A DNA stretch of 63,732 nucleotides, counting the filler, from Octopus bimaculoides (taxonomy: Eukaryota), in assembly GCF_001194135.2 (NCBI RefSeq). It is 4 parts of 4 records of this genome, joined end to end, with 100 filler letters (N's around TTAATTAATTAA, not from the genome) between each part and the next. Parts side by side here need not be neighbours in the genome. Positions count along the whole stretch, not along the records: positions 46,804 to 63,732 come from NC_068993.1; 3 more parts are not named here. One strand, written 5' to 3'. Below, one piece after another: positions 52,240 through 63,654 of this stretch. The position numbers and the translations under genes were made by a program. The notes under the pieces were generated by a model. The model saw only the letters and a program-made list of their open reading frames with translations. It searched no databases and was not told the origin of the DNA. Position 1 is the first letter of the stretch. Every line of letters starts with the position of its first letter.

Positions 52240-53245
52240 TTTGTTAGCCTGGTGTATTTGTATTAACAGAGATATTATGAAGTATTTTCTCCCGAAATCA
52301 CAATCCCATATATATATATATATACACACACACACATTTATCCAGGAGTAATGATACCCTGCTGATTCTGTTACTTCAACGATACCAAACTTGAAACTCA
52401 TAATTGGGAAGACAGATATAACTAGAAAAAAAAAACTGAAAGGTTGCAAAGACATTAAATTATCAGCTGAACGGGGGTAAAAAAAAAATGTTAATTTATA
52501 CCTATTTGTTCCTATCTTGTCTCAAAACACATAACTTTTGAATGATCGAAGGCAAAATAATATTCAATAATAGCTAATGCAGCGCCTTATCCAACACATG
52601 TTGAACATGCAGTATTTATGATTCGTTGCCTTCAAAGTATAGATTGCTGGAGTTTAAAATTCGAAAGAGATATTTATCTTTTGAAAACTGTTATGAGAAA
52701 ACAGGTTGACATTGAAAATATGATAAAGGAAACCATTAAATGAAAATGGCATTCTCTTGAAAGATTGCAGAGGGTAAGGATTATAACAACGGTGCCAATA
52801 TGGCAACTAAGTACAATGGAGCACAAAGGATATTACTCAATAAAAATCTGATGATTATTTTCACACCATGAGGATGTCACAAAATGAATTTGCAAAACAT
52901 TCTCGCAACTTTTGAAAGTGTCTATAATATTTTTGTTATATCTACAAACAGAATCGTTAGCATGGTGAGCAAAATGCTTAGCGGCATTTCGTTCGTCTTT
53001 AAGTTCTGAGTAGCCCCAGTGCCGACTTTGCCTTCAGTGCCGACTTTGCCTTTCATTATTACCAATCAAATACGAGTACCTCGAGTGGGTCATTGAGCCA
53101 ATAATAGAAAAAACTTTCGTTGATCCTATTTCACTTCTTTACTTTTATTTGTCAATTGGTTAACCATTTCACCAATTTACTAATCGATTGTTTGATTAAC
53201 CGCTGGTTCATCTATCAATAAACTAAGTTTCTTAAAATCCTTTTG

Positions 53246-53320
53246 CCATTCGGCGGCAACGGCGGCGGCACCACTCCTCCTCCTCCTCCTAACTCTAGGA
53301 AATACGATGGCGGCTACCTG
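53246..53320. promoter_or_regulatory. GC-rich patch with a YY1-like ATGGCGGC (53307-14); candidate promoter
   Basis: CpG-rich (GGC)n/(CCT)n island in AT-rich DNA between divergent gene candidates. Confidence 0.3.
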
Positions 53321-54185
53321 ATCCAACAACACCTCTTATAAACTGCGAATTATCTGGGTATAAACATCATTTTTGTTGTTCGTAGTAACGATAACATTTA
53401 TTTTGTTAACGATAAAAATAGATATTTTTCTTTAAACAAAAAAAGAAAACTGAGCAGAATTTGTGTTTTTGATCGTAACATTTGTATAAAATCTGAATAA
53501 TATCAAATTAGCCCTGTCGTATGTTCTGAAATTTAGTCTGGCGCCAAAGGGTAGAAGTGAAACAACAGGAATCGTTACATTCAAGTTCCTTTTTAAGATG
53601 CGTACACGCATCATCCATTTTGTTCGACATTATTCTCGCTCCCGTTAACATGCACACCATGGTATTACAAGCAAGAGACACCACCGTTGATATTTAAAAT
53701 GGACAACATTGAAATGATCTTCAAAATTCTGCAGAAACTACCAGATTTTTAATTCGAAACTCAGCTGACAAATTCAAGCATACTGATAATGGTCTTGTTA
53801 ACCAAATAAAAATATGTGCCTGCTTCGTTTTTGCATCTGGTTTGCAAGATTCATTTTTGTGAATTCGTGAGTTGAAAAGGTTGTAAATAGAAACGAAAGA
53901 GCTTTGAAACTACTTACTGTTTAACGAAGTTAAAAAAACAATCGATTAGTTAGTTCGTTATCTAACCAATTGACTTAATAATAAAGGAGTGGAATTGAAC
54001 CAGTGCGTTTGTTAATCATATTGGTATAATGACACTTCCTAGACACAACAAAATATGTGCCTAGTTGTTTCTGATATTATATATTTCAAGCTATTTTATA
54101 AAATAAAATATTTATCAAGCTTTTTGTGTCAGGAGAAAAAACGTGGTACTGACGACGCTTTCCAAGGGTTCCAAAACTGAATGGA

Positions 54186-54193
54186 TGACGTCA
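54186..54193. promoter_or_regulatory. Full CRE palindrome TGACGTCA upstream of DHDH-like
   Basis: Exact motif, followed by a possible donor CAG|GTACGA at 54213. An acceptor TTTACAG at 56404-05 precedes the ATG. Confidence 0.3.
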
Positions 54194-54589
54194 TTCTCAG
54201 ACCAGGGACCAGGTACGAATGTTAGGAATAGTGTGGACCCTGCGAGAGATACCTAAGTTGGTTCAGGTAGCGGTGTTAAAAAACAGGGACAATCATCCCA
54301 ACGGATTTCTACACAGTTACTTCTACCAAATTTCACCCACAAGGTTTTGGACGATGCGAGGATATGTTAACAAAAACAAAATCACTTCTCTAAAGTACCA
54401 CGGTGTGGGTTCGAACCTAAGACCTAATATTTGGGAAACATATTATTCACACTACTACTAAGCCTAAAAAAAAAATTTTAAACGTAATCTTTAACAATGG
54501 AGATTAGTGATATTCAGACTGACACATGCCAGTCCTTACTAGTAGTGTGTGTGTGTGTGTGTTAATGCTTACAAGGAAAACGTTGAACA

Positions 54590-54900
54590 GGTTAGGCATG
54601 GGAGCATGCGGGATTGCAGCGCGTAGCTGCATCCACCATTTGTCGGTATCTACTTAGGTCGCCCTGTACAACCGTTTGAGCAATGTCCCAATCAGTTCTC
54701 ACCCCAGTGAAATACTTCCCCATCCACTGCAACAATGAGATCACGGCGGATGAGGAAGCTGAACTGTGACTTCAAAATTTCGGTTTACTCGCCTGATGAC
54801 GGTTAGCAACCCGAAACGTTGAAATCATTGTCAATCTTTTTCTTGTAAATATTAATAAATATGTACTCTCTAAAAAGTACAGAGTGTTCCTTCAATTTAT
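54590..54900 (+). mobile_element. Penelope-like element remnant with a hammerhead-like core
   Basis: CCTGATGA-CGGTTAGCAACCC-GAAACGTTG followed by a T-rich tract and AATAAA. Confidence 0.4.
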
Positions 54901-54904
54901 TATT

Positions 54905-55445
54905 CTTTCTACAAGAGGCACAAGGCCTGGAATTTGGGGAGGTGGGGGTTAGTCGATTACATGGACACTAGTATTTGACTGGTACATATTTTATCAACTC
55001 TTTCGAGGAATTCTAACTCAAAACGTAATTATTCGAAATAAATACGAGTACAAATTTCGCCCAACGTTCTAACGATTCTGCCGTCTCACAGCCCTAATCT
55101 TTCAATAGAATATTGGTTTCAAATTTTGGCACAAGCCCAGCAATTTCGAGGAAGTGGGTAAGATGATTACATCGACCCTAGAGCTTGACGGTACTCATTT
55201 TATCGACCCCAAAAAGAGTGACCCCTACCGCCAGAAACGTTTTAGCCCAAGGCCAGCAAGTTCGCGGAAGGGTTAAGTCGATTACATCGACCCCAGTACG
55301 CAACTGATACTTAATTTATCGACCCCGAAAGGGTGAAAGGCAAAGTCGACCTTGGCGGAATTTGAACCCAGAGCGCAAAGACGGACGAAATTCTGCTAAG
55401 CATTTTGCTCGGCATACTCGCCAACTCCTTCCAACTCGCCACCTT
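54905..55445 (-). mobile_element. Cluster of SINE family B copies
   Basis: Repeated ATCGACCCC..AGT..TGG/TACT core on the reverse strand. Confidence 0.75.
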
Positions 55446-56418
55446 ATCTTACAATTTAATATTAAATTGTTTGTATATATAACCTTATATAAAAAGAAAA
55501 CATATATATATATATATATATTTGTGTGTNNNNNNNNNNNNNNNNNNNNNNNNNNNNNNNNNNNNNNNNNNNNNNNNNNNNNNNNNNNNNNNNNNNNNNN
55601 NNNNNNNNNNNNNNNNNNNNNNNNNNNNNNNNNNNNNNNNNNNNNNNNNNNNNNNNNNNNNNNNNNNNNNNNNNNNNNNNNNNNNNNNNNNNNNNNNNNN
55701 NNNNNNNNNNNNNNNNNNNNNNNNNNNNNNNNNNNNNNNNNNNNNNNNNNNNNNNNNNNNNNNNNNNNNNNNNNNNNNNNNNNNNNNNNNNNNNNNNNNN
55801 NNNNNNNNNNNNNNNNNNNNNNNNNNNNNNNNNNNNNNNNNNNNNNNNNNNNNNNNNNNNNNNNNNNNNNNNNNNNNNNNNNNNNNNNNNNNNNNNNNNN
55901 NNNNNNNNNNNNNNNNNNNNNNNNNNNNNNNNNNNNNNNNNNNNNNNNNNNNNNNNNNNNNNNNNNNNNNNNNNNNNNNNNNNNNNNNNNNNNNNNNNNN
56001 NNNNNNNNNNNNNNNNNNNNNNNNNNNNNNNNNNGATCTCTATGACCAAAATACACACTACAAGATGTACCATCATTTCGGAAAAAATTATTAAATTCTT
56101 GCTTCGTTTTGTTTTTAATAAACAGTTTCGTTTTTATTTGAATGTTTAATAAATTTTTCTGTTTTTATTTTTTTTTTGGTTTTGTGCACGTTTTCTTTTT
56201 TCTCATTAATACCCCCTTTTTATTTGTTGTCTATATCATAGACTCGTCGATTCAATTCACACAATAAATCAATATAAACCCCTCAATAAACATCTGTCTA
56301 AATTTAATTTGTCGAGAAAAAGCGAAGGTCACCGAGTCTCTTGTGACATACTGGCTTAGGGTTCTTGCAGCCGCCATTTACGTTTTATTTTTAGTTCCTT
56401 TACAGTTAAAACTATACA

Positions 56419-56502
56419 ATGCATTGGGGAATATGTGGTACTGGATGTATAGCAGAAGATTTTTGCAAAGCTCTGAGCTGTATGGATCAGTCTCTACATG
56501 AA
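56419..56502 (+). CDS. DHDH: DHDH-like (trans-1,2-dihydrobenzene-1,2-diol dehydrogenase / Gfo-Idh-MocA family) coding exon 1: MHWGICGTGCIAEDFCKALSCMDQSLHE
   Basis: ATG at 56419 has an in-frame TAA upstream. The exon carries the Rossmann motif WGICGTGCIA (cf. WGIVSVGLIS in human DHDH, from memory). GTAAGA donor at 56503, phase 0. Confidence 0.9.
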
Positions 56503-56704
56503 GTAAGAACTTCGTTCCTCCTCTGGTTCTTGTTTTATGTTATGGTTTTAAGAATTTGTTGTTTTGTTTCAATATTTCTTCGTAAATTATTGCAGTCCTT
56601 GTTGTTGCTGTCTTTATCAAATATCCTCGAACTGAAAAAAAAAAATCCTTAACTTTACACGGATGGATATAGCATCTTTTTTTTTCTTTTTTTTTTTTTA
56701 TGCT

Positions 56705-57075
56705 TCACTTGTCTGAGTTAGTAGACTGCAGCCATGCTATTGCACCACCTTGAAGAATTTTACTCGAACGAATCGACCCAGAGCTTATTTTCATTTTAAA
56801 GCTTGGTGCTTATCCTATCGATCTCTTTTGCCGAACCGTTAAGTTACGAGAACGTAAACACACCAACACTTATCAAGCGGTGGTGGACACGCCTACATTA
56901 TATTATATATATAACACACACACACACACACACACACGGCTTCTTTCAGTTTCCGTCTACCAAATCTACTCACAAGGCTTTGGTCGACCCGAGGCTATAG
57001 TAGAAGACACTTGCCTAAGGTGCCACGCAGTAGGACTGAACCTGGAACCATGTGGTTGGGGAGCAAACTTATAAC
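56705..57075 (-). mobile_element. SINE family A in DHDH-like intron 1
   Basis: Reverse complement of the 33716 copy. Confidence 0.85.
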
Positions 57076-59099
57076 CATTTATAGACTTGAGTGGATGTAA
57101 GAGCTTAAAACTATTCTCCGCGAGTGTCTTATATTAAGGTGTTTGACCTAGCGGTTAGGTTGTTTGAATTCTGATTTTAAAGTCTTTTCAATTACGAATC
57201 GGGGTTGCGTCCTTAAACAAAATGTTTCAATTCATATTGCTTCAGTTCATTCTAGGATGAAAATGAGTACCAGCAACAATTGCTGGTAAACCCCACAATG
57301 GACTGGAGTTCCATTCAAGGCGATAGTGCTGTATTCGTTTTGACCCTTATACGCCATGGCAACCGAAATAAGCTCCGGTCTACAGAGCTTGTAGGCTCAT
57401 GACGAACCTAAGACTGCATGGTTTAGTCCCAGGTCAATCTTGATGATCAACTAATAAACTTTAGAACTTAACTGGGAATAGCCAACGTCGGTCGGCCCCA
57501 GCAAGATTTAAACTCTGAACGTAGGATGTGTGTAAATGCAGGCATCGTACGGTTTCCAACAAGATTCTATTCGAATTGTGACGGGAAGTTCCAAATGTGT
57601 AAGGAAGATATATGGTTAACTGAATTAGGTTTTGTATACGACAGGCACTTAATTTTAGCGCTCCTAGTTTTAGATTTTGCTCAGATAGAGCAAGACCTGT
57701 TGTCAAAAGCATTCGGTCCGTTAGCATCCTGCCGTTTTTATAAACACAAAAACTGTTTAATATACACTGTCATTTTTTTATGAGGGATGTGATGAGATTT
57801 GTTATATATAGCAAGTCTAGTGAATTGATAGTTTCTCATTGAATTATATAAAGGGTTCACTCAAATGTAGAGATGCATGGCTAAGTGGTCAGGATGTTGG
57901 ACTCCTAATCGTGAGATTATGGTTTCGATACCTGGACCGGGTGATGCGTTGAGTTCTTGAGCAAAACGCTTTATTTCGCGTTGTCCGGTCCACCCAGCTG
58001 GTAAAAAGGACTACCTGAAATGGACTGGCGTTCCATCCAAGGAGGAATATATACGCCAGAGAAACCAGGGAACCATCCCTATGCTTCTCGTGGATTAATG
58101 TGTAATAACCATGTTAAACTATAATTACGCCCCACTATTTCTCCGTTAGGAGTTCCAAAGTACCAACAAGCGCTTTTGATTATTTCCGGTTCACGAGGAT
58201 ATGAATGTCACAACCTCCTCCGTGGAAATCGTACCAGTTATAGGGTACCGAAGGGTTCCAAAAATTAGAAGGGTACGTTGACTACATGTCTCGCAGACAG
58301 TATGTTTTTAAAATATAAAAGATATTTGATATAATCACTGGCAGAATGTCTTTGATGATAGCTCTGTTCGACCAAGAGCGATTGCGGCTAAACTGCAAAT
58401 AATGGTGATATCTCCCTTCATTATTGTTGATTGATATTTCATTAACTACTTGACAGTATTTCATTATTGCCATTTTGAGTTTAAATCCTGATTTCGCCAA
58501 CTTCACAGATTATCTTTCTGGGATCGACAAAATACGACTGGGTGGGGTCACCATTTTGTTCTGTGTATTATATGAACATGTTAAAATAGCCATTACAGTT
58601 AAGTCCAGTTTGTATTTGATTTAAGTAGCTATTTGCTACGAGTTCTCTTTGTGCACAGGGAAATGAGTGTGGGTGTGGGTACTTGTATTCTGAAAAGTGA
58701 CCAGTGAAATGTGTCAAGCCATTCTTTTTGACCGTGTACAAAGAAAATAAATGTATTCGCGTCTAAAGTTCCATAAGATACTGCTTTAAAATCGTAGTTT
58801 TCAAGAAGCAAATTTTTTTTTCAAATAAAGTAAATTCATAACATTACACACTTTTTAATAAACGTGTACAATTTTTCAATGCGCAATTGTACAATTTTAA
58901 AATTCATGTGTATAAACCCAGAAATTGGTTGTCAGGCATAAGAGCTGTAAAGTTTCTTGTACACAGGAACATAAGCATTAGAATATAATCTTTGTGAGAA
59001 AGTTGAGGGATGAAAATGATCAAATACGAGTCTAGAAACGTGGAACTTCCAGCTACCATAAGAAAATATCCCAGCATTGTTGAACTTTTGGGTTTCTAT

Positions 59100-59710
59100 A
59101 AGCCCTTCATAAATTTAGTACCATTTGCATACTGGAATCGATCTAATCGACTAGTCCCCTCCCCCAAAATTTCGGGCCTTGTGTCTAGAGTAGAAAAGAA
59201 TCGTTAGCACGCCGGACAGAATACTAAGCGGCATTCCGTCCGTCTTTACGTCCTAAGTTCAAATTGCGCCGAGGTTGACTTTACCTTTCACCCTTTTCGG
59301 GTCGATGATATATGAAACAGTTGAACACTGGGGATGATATTATCAACTTGTACCCTCCCCAAAAGTTTTAGACTTTGTGTCTATTGTGGAAAACATTATT
59401 ATTAAGACTACGAACTGGCAGAATCGTTAGCGCGTTGGACAAATAGCTTAGCGGCTTTTTTTGTTTTTTTACTTGCTATTTACGTTCTGAGTTGAAATTC
59501 TGCTTTGGATGATTTTGCTTTTCATTCTTTTGGGATCGATAAAACAGGTATCAGTTGATGTAATCTATTATCCACCTCCTCCTAAAAATTCACGTCTTGA
59601 GATTATAGTAGGGAAAAATTCGCCGACGTCAACTTTGCCTTTTAAATTAAAGTACCAGTCAAGCACTGGAAATTAATGGAACTGACTTGCCTCCTCTCTT
59701 CAAAATTGCT
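59100..59710 (+). mobile_element. Head-to-tail SINE family B copies in DHDH-like intron 1
   Basis: A tail fused to the next head at AGAATCGTTAGC (about 59197); further head at about 59416. Confidence 0.75.
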
Positions 59711-60216
59711 TAACACATAAAGCGCGACAGGCCACGATCGTCACCGTCTGGCACAAGTCCATAGGCCACGATCCTGGCCCAGATAGATGCATTTAATTTA
59801 TGGGCGTTTGTCGGGGTCTGTCACGTAAACGCTCCGATACCCCACAGAATACAAGAGGACTAATAGTTCAATTAATGACTTTTCAGATGATGTAAAACTT
59901 GCCACCATTATATACTAAAGATATTTTAACTATTTTTTGTTTTTTATGTGTGCATTGTAGTCTCATTTTCATAAAATGTGCTCAGCAGTCCATGCTATGT
60001 GAATGCAAATCCTAGCGCTTTATGCATTGAATCTCTTTAGTCAAAATTATTACGTTCTACACGTCAGCAGTTTCGGCTTTACACCATAAACAATCGGGTT
60101 TGAATTTATCAGTATCATTAAGTGTCGGACAGACTTGCCTCAAAATTTGTGGATTTGTTCTACCTGAGACGTTTTCTATAAAATGCATTTATATTCATTT
60201 TTTTTTTTCCAACTAG

Positions 60217-60328
60217 ATCGTTGCTGTTGCTGGTGATGACAGCAATGATGCCAGTGACTTCGGCACGAAGTTTAATATACCAAATACTTACGGATGCTGT
60301 GAAGAATTTGTCAGAAATAAGAATATAG
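60217..60328 (+). CDS. DHDH: DHDH-like exon 2: IVAVAGDDSNDASDFGTKFNIPNTYGCCEEFVRNKNI(D)
   Basis: Poly-T tract with TAG acceptor at 60215-16; 112 nt, phase 0 to 1; GTAAAA donor at 60329. Matches VVAVAARD..FAQKHDIPKAYGSYEEL. Absent from the ORF track because it has no start codon. Confidence 0.9.
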
Positions 60329-60909
60329 GTAAAACGTCTTTTTATCATTAGACTGCGACCATGCTGAGGCACCACCTTGAATTTTTAGTNNNNNNNNNNN
60401 NNNNNNNNNNNNNNNNNNNNNNNNNNNNNNNNNNNNNNNNNNNNNNNNNNNNNNNNNNNNNNNNNNNNNNNNNNNNNNNNNNNNNNNNNNNNNNNNNNNN
60501 NNNNNNNNNNNNNNNNNNNNNNNNNNNNNNNNNNNNNNNNNNNNNNNNNNNNNNNNNNNNNNNNNNNNNNNNNNNNNNNNNNNNNNNNNNNNNNNNNNNN
60601 NNNNNNNNNNNNNNNNNNNNNNNNNNNNNNNNNNNNNNNNNNNNNNNNNNNNNNNNNNNNNNNNNNNNGGAACCAGGTGTTTGGGAAGCAAACTTCTTAC
60701 CACACACCCACCCTGCACCGCCACAGAGTCATCGAATTATCTTATATTTCCAAAAATCCATGGTGGATCTGGATATACTTTTTAAAGCACCAGAACGCCA
60801 CACAACATTAAGGTCACTGGACTGTAACAGCAGCAGCAGAAAAGATCGACGCAAGTAACTGGGGGGGGGTGCACGGTTTGGCGCGTAAATACTGAGAGGA
60901 TCAGTGTCT

Positions 60910-61250
60910 GTACTTATTTTTTACTTTGTCATTGGACTGCAGCCATGCTAGGGCACTGCCTTCAAGTACTTAAGTCTGGTATTATATTAAATTCTTTTGT
61001 CGAACCGCTAGGAAACGGGAACGGAAACAAACCAACACACTTGTCAAGTGATGGTATATGTATACACACATGCAACCCGTCGAGTGTGTGTGTGTAAGCT
61101 CACCACCCCTACACAAACCCGACAGGTTTCCACACAATCTCCGTCTATCAGATTCACTCACAAGGCATTAGCTGTCATGGGGCTTTAGAAGAATACACTT
61201 GCCCAAGTTGCCATGCAACGGAACTGAACCCGGAACCGTGTGGTTCATAA
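60910..61250 (-). mobile_element. SINE family A in DHDH-like intron 2
   Basis: Reverse complement of the family; a second, gap-interrupted copy lies at about 60345-60715. Confidence 0.75.
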
Positions 61251-61420
61251 TGAAGTGACTTTTTTTTTTTCATTTATCTATTTTATAGAAAATTTTCATA
61301 ACTATATCGCATGATCTCTCAAAAATAGTGTTCTAGCATTGATGTACATTGACAATGATATTTCATGTTAGACTTCATTCACAGGTGTACGTTATTCTTT
61401 TTCATTATTGTCTATTCCAG

Positions 61421-61584
61421 ATGTAGTGTATGTATCCTCTCAAGTCGGTGACCGTTACGAACATTGTTATCTCCTGATACAACATAAGAAACATGTTTTA
61501 TGCGAAGCTCCCTGCGCTTTGAGAGCAGAGGAATGTTTTTCGCTGCTAGATTTTGCAAGACGAAATAAAGTGTTTTTCATGGAG
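61421..61584 (+). CDS. DHDH: DHDH-like exon 3: (D)VVYVSSQVGDRYEHCYLLIQHKKHVLCEAPCALRAEECFSLLDFARRNKVFFME
   Basis: TTCCAG acceptor; 164 nt, phase 1 to 0; GAG|GTATTG donor. Carries the family motifs DVVYV, KHVLCExP and FFME. Confidence 0.93.
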
Positions 61585-61890
61585 GTATTGTATTTTTTTA
61601 ATGAAACTTGCTTATTTTGTTGTTTAACTCCAGGTCATCTCTGTTTGTGTGTATGAGAGAGAGGGGGGGGAGAATAAAAGTATTGCTGTAATCGTCTGAG
61701 ACACGTTTGATCTTTTCTCCGTTTTTTTTCTTTTCTCTCCTTGTCTATTCTTTCTGCCGAAGCGTTATCAGCGGGAGTATGAACGCTTGACTGAGCTGTC
61801 TTCAAATGAATGAACCCATTTGCAATTAACTTTTTAATTACTGGTATAGGGAGAGGCATAATTACCACTTCCTGTTAAGCTTCTTTCTGG

Positions 61891-62069
61891 AAAGTAAAGA
61901 CTAGTTGCCAACATAATGTGGCTGTCTTGGAAGGGACGATTGTTACTGTTTAGCACCAGGAAGCAGCGTTTCCAGCTGGCTTTATGACACAATATCTGTG
62001 GAGCTAAACAACAGTAGCAATTGTCCTTTCCAAGATAGCCACATTATGTTGGCAAACAGTCTTTACTTT
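61891..62069. mobile_element. MITE-like inverted repeat (64/67-bp arms, 48-bp spacer) in DHDH-like intron 3
   Basis: AAAGTAAAGACT..GCCAACATAATGTGGCT..TTTAGC and its reverse complement. Confidence 0.8.
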
Positions 62070-62282
62070 AAAGAACTTACTGAATATCTCGCTTTAGAGA
62101 TTTAGAAATGTTTTTTTTACCCTGGTTACACGCAAAATAGGAAAACAAAACTTCCTTCACATAGATGTGCGGGAATGCTTCTGCTTGTGTGTGTGTGTTT
62201 ACATGCGTGTTTCTAGTGGGGAGGTACTTATTTACAGTTGACTCTATGAGCACGTTAACTGGATTTATTCTCTTTTCATCAG

Positions 62283-62532
62283 GGCATGTGGATGTGTTTC
62301 CTGCCGATTTTTAGACACATTAAAGAGGAAATTGATTATGGTACCATAGGGGATGTAAAATATCTCGATGCAGCTCTATTTTTCGACGTTCTACATAAGG
62401 ATAAGAAATCCACCACAGGAATAAGCGGAGGCAGTATTTCCAATATAGGCGTGTATCTTTTGTGGTTGGTACATTTTATATTCCGAGAGAATCCTGAACG
62501 CGTCATCACTATTGGAGATTTTACATGTAACG
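62283..62532 (+). CDS. DHDH: DHDH-like exon 4: GMWMCFLP...GTIGDVKY...GGSISNIGVY...GDFTCN(G)
   Basis: TTTTCATCAG acceptor; 250 nt, phase 0 to 1; GTAAAT donor. Matches AIWTRFFP..GTLGDLR..GGALLDIGIY. Confidence 0.93.
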
Positions 62533-63654
62533 GTAAATATATTCTCTCCCCCCCCCCACACACACACAGCAAAATAAAATTCGAGATGAGATTACAGAAT
62601 TATATAATCTCACAAATTACATAATGTGTACACGTGTTTCACCAGCTAGAACTAGTCATTTATGCAGTAATCGTTGTATAATCAGTTTTTATAAAGCCAG
62701 ATCATCAGAAGTAAATTGAGTAATGTAACCCATTGTTGGTTACCACCGTCAGTTGGTGTTAGATACAAGTAGACTGTCTCGCAAACTTTGGACCCCTATC
62801 CGTAGAATTATTCTACAACTAGTTCAATTATGATTTCTACAGTCAAAGTGGACGTAACTCTAATTTTCTTATCCCCCACCCCCGTTTTTATTCACCCTTC
62901 CACTTCAGTTTTTTCTTGTGGTTTCTCATGTACGAGAGCATTGGTTTTCAAATAGAACGGACCATGTGCTCAGAGCCTGGAGATTGCTCGAAGACACGGC
63001 GCGTTTTAAAAACCTGTATGTCCATATGTATTCATAGCAAGAAACTATTAGCTCTTCAACGTGACATCAAATGACCAGGTTCTCTGCCCCAAAGTCTCTC
63101 ATATTCTTAGTTCCACTCTCACTTCCTTCCTACAGCTTTTGTCCTTTCAATTTATTACATCTATCAACAACATTGTGACAAACTAAGATATTGAAACGAT
63201 CCTCTTTTGACAGTTATCTTCTGATGAAAAGCATTCCAATCTTAAAAAACCGCGTCCTTCTATTGGACTACATCATCCAATGCGTCCCACTTATGAAGAA
63301 CGTGTTGCCATTTGCGGTAGATTCGGCTGCGGAATCTAGCAATTAAATAGCACTCAGTCGGTTACAACGACTAGGGTCTTAGCTGATATGATCAACGGAA
63401 CAGCTAAGTTACGAGGACAATAAACACACTAACACCAACTGTCAAGCGGTGGTGGGGACACACGCACACAAACATATGTGACCAGCTTCTTCCAGTTTCC
63501 ATCTACCAAATCCACTCACAAGTGTGTGTGTGAGAGAGAGAAATAAAGAAATGCTATTTCTGCTGGCAGTAAGACAAACTAGATCTTGCTTTATCTCCTT
63601 TTTTATACTACAGAAAACACTAACGTAAATTAATTTTTATTCTATTGACCTTAG

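Noticed and set aside
63050-63300. Possible decayed RTE RT fragment on the minus strand (FQYLS)
   Set aside because: Too degenerate to support beyond one motif.
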